From Chloroflexota bacterium (lineage in GTDB: Bacteria > Chloroflexota > Dehalococcoidia > Lucifugimonadales > JADFKI01), in contig JAQBUT010000003.1 in assembly GCA_027623195.1 (NCBI GenBank), forward strand, positions 64,001 to 128,000: a DNA stretch of 64,000 nucleotides. The letters run 5' to 3'. Below the pieces are notes generated by a model. The model was not told the origin of the DNA and ran no database searches. It worked only from the letters and a program-made list of their open reading frames with translations. Each line of letters starts with the position of its first letter. Within the stretch, counting starts at the first letter, position 1. This document shows, in pieces, positions 57,158 to 64,000 of this stretch. A program made the position numbers and the translations under genes.

Positions 57158-59815
57158 TTATTCCTCATCGTCGATGTCTTCGTCATCAGAGCCAGAGTTA
57201 TCCACTTGTGGCTTCTGGACTTCGATTTCCACAGCTACAAGAGTTCCGTCACTTCGCCGCAAGGCCTTCACATCCACCTCGGCGCCTTCTAACAGGTCCC
57301 CGTCGATTTCGGTGTCACGATTAATCGTCAGTGACAGCCCGTTTCGAAGGAAGAGTCGAGTGGAATTGAAACCTCTTACTATACCGTCCAGCTTTACCTC
57401 TTCTTCACGCGGGGCAACGCTTTCCTGCTCATCCGTATCTTCTTCGTCAGGCGAGGCGCTGTCTTCTTCCACATCTTCTTCGACTCCTACAGCTTCCTCG
57501 TCTGCCTCGTCGATGTCATCTTCGACGTCCGCATCAGTTTCGTCGCCATCGGCCTGTGAAACTTTTATAGTCTTGGCTACAAGTATGCCATTGTCATTGA
57601 GGATTAGCCTGATTTCGACTTCGGCCCCAATGAACAACTCACCGTCAATTCTGGTGTCGGCGTTGATGGCGACCGTCCTGCCGCCTCTCAGTAACACCCG
57701 TCGGTCGCTGAAGGAAGCGACGATGCCGTCTAGCTCTCGTAATTCGTCTTCTTCGTCCGCTTCAACGAGCCTTCCGCGGCCGGGTCTTTCCTCGGCCTCG
57801 TCGCTCAGGGTGCCGTCCTGGCGACCTCTGCGGTCCTGGTCAATCTTCCTGGCGGCCAGTCCACCATCGGTTGTTATAACCGCAACGACAACCTGCACTC
57901 CGGGGCGCAATGGTGTGTCAATCTCGGTGAGGGCCCGTATGTGAATCGTGTGACCGTTCACTATGATGCCGATAACCACGTCGCCTTCTGTGATTACTTC
58001 ATCTATGACCCCTCGGATTCGCTCAACCTCAACGTCATCTTCTTCATCAACCTCGCCGCCACGGATCCTGGTGGCAAGTAGCGAACCGTCGTCCTGGAAC
58101 ACGCCGTAGACGCGTATTTCCATACCTTCGGCGAACTCTCTGCCTTCTGCCAATAGTGAAGGTATTACGATAGTTATGCTATTGACTAGGATCGTTCCGT
58201 TGTCATTTACCTGCTCGATAAGGCCGTCAATGCGATTGGCATCCTCATCATCTTCGTCGTCGTTTTCATCGTGCTCGGCATTGTTGCCCTCGTAGCCCTC
58301 GGCTGTATCGAGCTCCTGCACGTCTATCTCTTTGGCAACCAGGGTTCCGTCTTCCAGAATAACTGCCAAGATCTTCACGCCTACGCCGACAACTATGTCT
58401 CCGTCGGTCTCGGTCAGGTCGCTTATGTGGACTCGATGAGAATTTACTGATATAACGCTTCCGTCCTCGGACATTGCGTCTACAAATCCACGCAAGGTCA
58501 CGCTGTCGGGACGCTGCCCTCGGAAGTTTTCGCTATCGTTTTCAACTTCGATTTTTAAGGCGAGCATTTTGCCGTCTAGCTGCACGCCTTTGATCTTTAC
58601 CGTACTGCCGACCTGGGGAGTTCCTTCGAGTCGAGTGAGGTGATCCAGGCTGATCTCCACACCATTGACGATCCAATCTCCGTGGTCGTTAACACCCTCG
58701 AAAACACCTTCTAACTTAAAGGACCTACGGTGCTCCTCTGAGGCGTCATCGGCCTCGTGGGCGACTATGTTCTCCACCTCTCGGGCGACAATAGTCTGCT
58801 GGTCGTGTGCTGTTCCGACTACAATGACTCGTTGGCCCATGAAAGGCTCGCCGTCCGTGTCGGTCTCGTCGGATATTATTACGATGGTGCCGCCTACGAT
58901 CCAGTGGCCTTCATCGTTGAGGCCCTCGAAGATACCTTCGATGCGGGTCCGGGTTCCACCAAGATTGGACTGGCCAAGGGTTTCGATCTCTCTGGCCAGG
59001 AAGGTGCCGTCGTCCAGGAGGACCCCGTCGACCTTGACCCTCCGTCCTGCCACGATGCCTGAGTCGATCTCGGTTTCTGAATCCGTGGTTACTGTCTTTT
59101 CGCCGACAATCCAGTTGCCTGCGTCATCCAGACCCTCGAATACTCCCGTGACCCTTGCTTCGTTACTGGGTTCCGGCCTTGCTTCGGTATCTTCCGGATG
59201 AGTTTCCGTAGGCGGAGCTTGTGACCTACCGGCCGCAACGTGTATCTCAAGTGAATTGGGCGAAAGCTCGCCCGTAAGCGGGTTCCTACGAGTCAGGACT
59301 ACCGCAAATACACCCTCCACCATTTCAGTAGCGCCTGCCCTGAATATGACCTTGGTATCGGGTCCGATGTCGAATACGATTGGTTCCGAACCAGTCGCCA
59401 GGGGCTGAAGGGTGATTGAATGCTCGGCAACAGCTATTATCTCGCCGGGCACATGGCGGAACTGTGTCTTGCCGGGAATAACAAAAATCTTGGATGCATA
59501 GGTCAGATCGTCGGTAAGGGAGACGGCTACCGTGTCGCCCTCGAAGAGGTCCGTAAGCTGCGCGTCCTCTTTTAGTGGCAGACGTATGACCGTCTCCTCG
59601 GTAACGGTCACATCTACAATCATGCCGTCTGTGAGGGAAACATGGATGACGTCAAGGGCAACATCTACGACTGTGCCGAAGAAGTCCCTCTTTTCCGAAG
59701 GCGCAGCTGCATAGGCCTGGTCCGTGGCCATCGGCAGCGCCAGCAGTGTGGCCGCCACGATTGCCAGACCCATCAGAACTAGCTTTAGATTTTTTGTCAT
59801 CTTCTGCTTTGACAT
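57158..59815 (-). CDS. large acidic secreted protein with ~10 DUF5666-like repeats
   Basis: Signal peptide (AYA); repeated G-x-[FIV]...T-x-IDG...G-x2-V-x-V...DG-x-L-x-A-x2-I units. Confidence 0.85.
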   Translation of the reverse strand: MSKQKMTKNLKLVLMGLAIVAATLLALPMATDQAYAAAPSEKRDFFGTVVDVALDVIHVSLTDGMIVDVTVTEETVIRLPLKEDAQLTDLFEGDTVAVSLTDDLTYASKIFVIPGKTQFRHVPGEIIAVAEHSITLQPLATGSEPIVFDIGPDTKVIFRAGATEMVEGVFAVVLTRRNPLTGELSPNSLEIHVAAGRSQAPPTETHPEDTEARPEPSNEARVTGVFEGLDDAGNWIVGEKTVTTDSETEIDSGIVAGRRVKVDGVLLDDGTFLAREIETLGQSNLGGTRTRIEGIFEGLNDEGHWIVGGTIVIISDETDTDGEPFMGQRVIVVGTAHDQQTIVAREVENIVAHEADDASEEHRRSFKLEGVFEGVNDHGDWIVNGVEISLDHLTRLEGTPQVGSTVKIKGVQLDGKMLALKIEVENDSENFRGQRPDSVTLRGFVDAMSEDGSVISVNSHRVHISDLTETDGDIVVGVGVKILAVILEDGTLVAKEIDVQELDTAEGYEGNNAEHDENDDEDDEDANRIDGLIEQVNDNGTILVNSITIVIPSLLAEGREFAEGMEIRVYGVFQDDGSLLATRIRGGEVDEEDDVEVERIRGVIDEVITEGDVVIGIIVNGHTIHIRALTEIDTPLRPGVQVVVAVITTDGGLAARKIDQDRRGRQDGTLSDEAEERPGRGRLVEADEEDELRELDGIVASFSDRRVLLRGGRTVAINADTRIDGELFIGAEVEIRLILNDNGILVAKTIKVSQADGDETDADVEDDIDEADEEAVGVEEDVEEDSASPDEEDTDEQESVAPREEEVKLDGIVRGFNSTRLFLRNGLSLTINRDTEIDGDLLEGAEVDVKALRRSDGTLVAVEIEVQKPQVDNSGSDDEDIDDEE

Positions 59816-59979
59816 TTTCTTCCTCGTCCTCGTCCCATCCCCGCTTCACATCTGCATTGGAGTGGATATACTCTGTTTTCTCTCTGCACTCTTAGTATGC
59901 CACCGCGAATATTACTGGTGTGTTACCCAATAAATTGTCAATTCAGCTATGAATGTCCGTAAATTATCCTCATTTTAGG

Positions 59980-60744
59980 CTATGGCCTGTAAATTACGGC
60001 GATAATCGTGCTCAGTACCTCTCCATCCACGTTCGTGGCAAGCACATCTATAATATTGGGCCCTTCATCTAGCGACAGCGTTGTGGCGTAAATTCCCACC
60101 GCGTCCACAGGCACGGATACGCCGTTTACACTGACCACTGCGCCAGGCACTGTTCGGCCTGCCAATGGAATTTTGACGGCCGATATGATGCTCTGGTCCT
60201 CTGGCTGAGTTACCAGCAGGAAGAATGGTTGCGGCGGCAATACCAGCGACGTGATATGGAGCGTCTCGGAGGCCAGGGCAGCGCCCTTAGAGGCCGTTAT
60301 AAATATTTCGTTATCACCTGGATTTAAATCGACCTGCGACGAGAAACGACCGTTCTCGTCCAGCGAAACGGACCCTCCATTAATCTCCACCTGGCTGCCC
60401 TGAGGAGCGAAGCCGTGTACCACGACGCCGTCGGTCTGCACTGTGGCCCCGTCCTCAGGTCCGCGCACGTCGAGATTCAGGAGCAAAGGCGGATAAGGCG
60501 TAGCCGTAGGGTCTAGACCGGACGTTTTCGTAGGAACCGGGGATGTATCCTGGACTGGTGTATTCGTTGCCTGTATTACTGGATTGGTTGTGGGTTCGGG
60601 AGTGGTAACAGCAATCCCGGTGGGCACTACAGATTGGCTGGTAGGTGACACGGTCGGTTTGTCGTCCCGTGGAACCTCTTTGACGCAGGCCGACAAAGCG
60701 AAAGCGAGGGCTATGATTAACGCGCCCCTAACGGCCCAAGTCAA
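59980..60744 (-). CDS. lipoprotein with Pro/Thr linker and two Ig-like domains
   Basis: LSAC lipobox; two repeats P-x-D...V-x-[IV]NG...G-x-[FY]...L-x2-G-x-N-x-I-x-[IV]-x-A. Confidence 0.8.
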   Translation of the reverse strand: MTWAVRGALIIALAFALSACVKEVPRDDKPTVSPTSQSVVPTGIAVTTPEPTTNPVIQATNTPVQDTSPVPTKTSGLDPTATPYPPLLLNLDVRGPEDGATVQTDGVVVHGFAPQGSQVEINGGSVSLDENGRFSSQVDLNPGDNEIFITASKGAALASETLHITSLVLPPQPFFLLVTQPEDQSIISAVKIPLAGRTVPGAVVSVNGVSVPVDAVGIYATTLSLDEGPNIIDVLATNVDGEVLSTIIAVIYRP

Positions 60745-60924
60745 AGTGATTTCTCCCGTTTAGTAATGCTGATTTTGCCCAACCCGTACTTCTTACTAGT
60801 TGATATAACGTTTTCGGCTTATTGACTGTTGGCACTTTAGTGTACTTTGCGATGTCTCTCCAGATATAAACCATACCTGTTAATTCTAATGTTTGTTTTG
60901 CAAAGTCGCACACGTTTTGCGAAA

Positions 60925-61890
60925 TTAATCGGTTCGTAAGGGCAAACTGAGCAGAAACTCGGTATGGTGGTCTGGGTCTGGACTGGTTGTGCTTTCGATG
61001 GTCAGGTCACCGTCGAACTTGCGGGCTAGTGTTCGAGCAATAAAAAGGCCCAGCCCTGAGCTTACCTTTTCCTCGCGACGGGCTACCTCCGGCGTCCAGC
61101 CTCTGTCGAATAAATGGCGTTGGTACTGCTCGGAGATGCCGTCTCCGTCATCCCAAACCCTGATGAAGAAGTGGGTGGGATTTTTCGTTAGACGTACCTC
61201 CACCTGTGATTCGGCGAAACGCATGGCGTTGTCCACCAGATTGGTGATCACGTGTTCGATCGCCGAGCTGTCGGAGTAAATGAGCCCGAACTCGGAAGGC
61301 TCTGCCCACCAGACGACCTGCTTTCCAGAATCCGTAGCTATCTGCGTATAGCGGTCCACTATGCGCCGGACTACCTGCGCAGGCTCCACCGGCTGGGGCT
61401 GTGAAGGAGGGTCGGCTGCCTCCAATTGCACCAGCACCCTTATGTTAGTCATCATCAGTCGGAAGTTTGGGGCTTGCCGCTCTATCTCATCCAGCAGCGC
61501 CACTATTTCCGGGTTCGTCGTCCCTTCCGAGGCCCGTAATATGGCCCGCAACTCGCGCTCCTTGCCAAGAATACGCCGTAGTGGCCGGCCAAGGTCGTGA
61601 TCAAATAGCTCAAAGTACTGCTGTGTCAACTCGCTCCAGCCAACGCTGTCTGCGTTTGACGTGTCAGGTGTTTGGCCAGCGAACCTTCGTTCGATGTAGT
61701 AGGAGCCGGCAATGGCCGCGAGGCCTGCGATGACCAGTAGCGCGCCCACGTAACTGAGCGGTTCAACGCTCCAGACACTAGAAAAGACCCTGGCGCTGAT
61801 TAGCGGAGAAAAAAGCAGGAACAGCCCGCCGCCTATTAATAGCACGAGGCCTGCGATTCGCGCCATGCGCTCGGGACTGGCCTTAGGCAT
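60925..61890 (-). CDS. membrane sensor histidine kinase
   Basis: 2 TM, FDHDLGRPL H-box, NLVDNAMRF, DDGDGI, SGLGLFIA. Confidence 0.9.
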   Translation of the reverse strand: MPKASPERMARIAGLVLLIGGGLFLLFSPLISARVFSSVWSVEPLSYVGALLVIAGLAAIAGSYYIERRFAGQTPDTSNADSVGWSELTQQYFELFDHDLGRPLRRILGKERELRAILRASEGTTNPEIVALLDEIERQAPNFRLMMTNIRVLVQLEAADPPSQPQPVEPAQVVRRIVDRYTQIATDSGKQVVWWAEPSEFGLIYSDSSAIEHVITNLVDNAMRFAESQVEVRLTKNPTHFFIRVWDDGDGISEQYQRHLFDRGWTPEVARREEKVSSGLGLFIARTLARKFDGDLTIESTTSPDPDHHTEFLLSLPLRTD

Positions 61891-61931
61891 GGGTATCGCC
61901 TCCCGAGGCCAAACGGAACGGGCGAGTATAG

Positions 61932-62723
61932 CTACTCAAGGTTAGGTGGCACCAGGCGATAACCTTGATCGCGGATATTTACGATGAGGTCGGAAGCGCC
62001 GAACCTGACGCCCATTTGCTTGCCAACGGCGTCCTTGATCTCCCGGATGCGCACGCGCAGTGACGCCCTTGGGTCCTCGCCTTCTGAAAAACGCATGAGC
62101 TTGCTGAAGGGTACTACCTCGCCAGGACTGCGGTACCACGTAGAAGCCAGCTCATGAAATATCTCGAACTTCATGCCCTGGATGTCCGACACAGGAATTG
62201 GCGTTTCCCCAGTTGAGGTGTACACGATTTTGGCATTGCCATCCATGGATAGGTGGTCGCCAATGTTGACCATTTCGGGGGTGGTGCCTATGAGCCTTCG
62301 CAGGCGTAGCACAACTTCCTCCGGGCTGGCCAGCTTATCAATGAAATCCACTTGGGCGTCCCACTTCAGGGTGCCCCGAACGGCTGTCTCACGGTCCGGC
62401 CCCTGCACGTACTGGGTGAACATAAGCACGGGTATGTGAGGGTGGTGCTCAACTATTTTCTGAAGAATGCCCAGGCCCTTGAACCTGTCGTCCCGGTGTT
62501 CGCCAAAGCGCACATCCAAAAGCACTCCATCTGGTTTTTGTTCCTCGATTGCGTACAGGGCTGCCATCTCGAAGTCATCCCCGGTGACGAACTTGCCTTC
62601 GGGGGCCACAACTATGGCCAGCCAGCCCTCTTCGTCCAAGCGCCGCTCTACGCTCTTGACGATTGGTGAGTTATATTCGTCGTCCACGATTAGGATTTTT
62701 CGTTGGCTTCTGGATTGGGTCAT
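61932..62723 (-). CDS. OmpR-type response regulator
   Basis: ILIVDD, LLDV, MFT, DFIDK; C-terminal wHTH LRVRIREIK...NIRDQGYRL. Confidence 0.88.
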   Translation of the reverse strand: MTQSRSQRKILIVDDEYNSPIVKSVERRLDEEGWLAIVVAPEGKFVTGDDFEMAALYAIEEQKPDGVLLDVRFGEHRDDRFKGLGILQKIVEHHPHIPVLMFTQYVQGPDRETAVRGTLKWDAQVDFIDKLASPEEVVLRLRRLIGTTPEMVNIGDHLSMDGNAKIVYTSTGETPIPVSDIQGMKFEIFHELASTWYRSPGEVVPFSKLMRFSEGEDPRASLRVRIREIKDAVGKQMGVRFGASDLIVNIRDQGYRLVPPNLE

Positions 62724-62877
62724 GTCGTCCCGCCAAATAACTTAGGATTTAACCATTAAGTAGCATTATATCCCTTTTTCTCGAATCATCCGCCAAGCTG
62801 CGCAAAGCAATGCTAATTTACGTGTCCTCGGACCTACGCGTTTAACCTCTGCTCGTTTGTTAAGCGAATCGTAAGAA

Positions 62878-63177
62878 ATGGCCACTCCTATGCGGTTTCC
62901 CTGGTGCTACCGTAGGCACGTAGCCTTCAAGGCTAAGGTTGCGCTGGCAGCTCTAAGGGGCGACCAGACGATCGCAGAGCTAGCCATCCGTTTCGAGGTT
63001 CACCCAACCCAGATACATGCCTGGAAGAAAGTACTGGTCGAGAGTTCATCTGAGCTATTTGAGTCGGGCCATAAGCCGCAAGACAAGAGCAATGAGGTTC
63101 TGGTCTCCCGGCTGTACCAACAGATCGGCCAGTTGACGGTGGAGAAGGATTTTTTGGCGGGGAGGTCAGGTCCATGA
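62878..63177 (+). CDS. IS3 transposase OrfA (5' end uncertain)
   Basis: [10 protein letters not shown]...[19 protein letters not shown]...[15 protein letters not shown]. Confidence 0.85.
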   Translation: MATPMRFPWCYRRHVAFKAKVALAALRGDQTIAELAIRFEVHPTQIHAWKKVLVESSSELFESGHKPQDKSNEVLVSRLYQQIGQLTVEKDFLAGRSGP

Positions 63178-64000
63178 GTCGCGCGAGGCGCCGCAAGATA
63201 GTTGACCGTGATCACCCGAAGCTGTCTGTGGTGCGACAGTGTTATTTGCTCGGTATCAGTCGGTCATCGATATACTCCCGTCGCGCTGAATCAGACGAGT
63301 ATGACATTGAGTTGATGAGCCTGATGGACCGCCAGTACCTGGTGAGGCCATACTACGGTTCAAGGCGCATGGCGATCTGGCTGCGAACCCAAGGCCATTG
63401 TGTCAATCGCAAGCGGGTGCAACGGCTGATGCGACTGATGGGGATTGAGGCAGTCTACAGGCGTCCCAACACCAGCAAGTCATCACCACAGCACAAGGTA
63501 TACCCGTACCTGCTGAGAGACATTGAGATCGATAGAGTCAATCAGGTTTGGACATCTGACATCACATACATCCCGATGGCTCGTGGCTTCATGTATCTTG
63601 TGGTCATCATGGACTGGTATAGTCGTTACGTGCTCTCGTGGCGGTTATCGAATACCCTGGATGCTGACTTCTGCGTGGAGGCGCTAGAGGAAGCTTTGAG
63701 CAAGAGCAGGCCCGAGATATTCAATACCGATCAGGGCAGTCAGTTCACATCTGACGCGTTCACGGGAATGTTGCTGGAGCACGACATCCAGATCAGCATG
63801 GATGGCAAGGGCCGCTACCTCGACAACATATTCGTTGAGAGGTTATGGCGGAGTGTGAAGTACGAAGAGGTCTACCTAAAAGCCTACGAAAATGTCGATG
63901 AGGCTAAATCTGGAATTGACACTTACCTCGACTTCTACAACGACGAACGGCCTCATCAATCCCTGGGCTACCAGACACCACATCAGGTGTTTGAGGACGG
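63174..64000 (+). CDS. IS3 transposase OrfB (DDE integrase core), partial
   Basis: Manually translated: [46 protein letters not shown]. Confidence 0.93.
   Translation, partial: MSRARRRKIVDRDHPKLSVVRQCYLLGISRSSIYSRRAESDEYDIELMSLMDRQYLVRPYYGSRRMAIWLRTQGHCVNRKRVQRLMRLMGIEAVYRRPNTSKSSPQHKVYPYLLRDIEIDRVNQVWTSDITYIPMARGFMYLVVIMDWYSRYVLSWRLSNTLDADFCVEALEEALSKSRPEIFNTDQGSQFTSDAFTGMLLEHDIQISMDGKGRYLDNIFVERLWRSVKYEEVYLKAYENVDEAKSGIDTYLDFYNDERPHQSLGYQTPHQVFED

Larger units (their letters stand above)
62878..64000 (+). mobile_element. IS3-family insertion sequence (partial, runs off the window)
   Basis: OrfA/OrfB organisation with ATGA overlap; no clear left inverted repeat seen. Confidence 0.92.

Noticed and set aside
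57135..59201. Ser-rich plus-strand ORFs
   Set aside because: Antisense reading of Asp/Glu-rich codons of the DUF5666 gene
1..64000. Genome-wide TAG reassignment
   Set aside because: TAG terminates many conserved genes at their expected ends (dnaG, coxD, dinB, serS, fabG)

Overview
About 64 kb of GC-rich bacterial chromosome. It is most consistent with Chloroflexota (Dehalococcoidia/SAR202-like). That placement is an inference from gene style, a GAAC-N4-GTT SOS box, DUF5666/cohesin-like secreted proteins and frequent TTG starts. Core genes include dgt-(2 ORFs)-dnaG-rpoD, dinB, mutS2, fmt, serS, ilvE and iscA/ygfZ-like genes, plus a fabL/fabG/plsX/MaoC-pair/acyl-CoA ligase lipid cluster. Metabolic genes include malic enzyme, malate synthase, tartronate semialdehyde reductase, a form II CoxL-like molybdoenzyme with CoxD, a ThDP enzyme, a class III CoA-transferase, GlpD and GH15. 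A two-component pair sits upstream of an Ig-fold lipoprotein and a ~10-repeat DUF5666 protein, and an IS3 element runs off the right end. The most unusual observations are: (1) three otherwise intact genes within 2.6 kb each split by a single in-frame TAG, one of them an unannotated secreted peptide with a predicted mature N-terminal His; (2) a 77-bp second copy of coxD differing only at synonymous sites; (3) a tandem array of tiny membrane peptides; (4) a possible histone-fold protein; (5) a cytochrome-c-like protein lacking CxxCH; (6) a receiver-less OmpR-type regulator with an 11-bp-periodic direct repeat upstream; (7) several REP-like structured intergenic elements. No rRNA, tRNA or CRISPR array was seen. 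Family assignments are by motif recognition only; no database searches were run.
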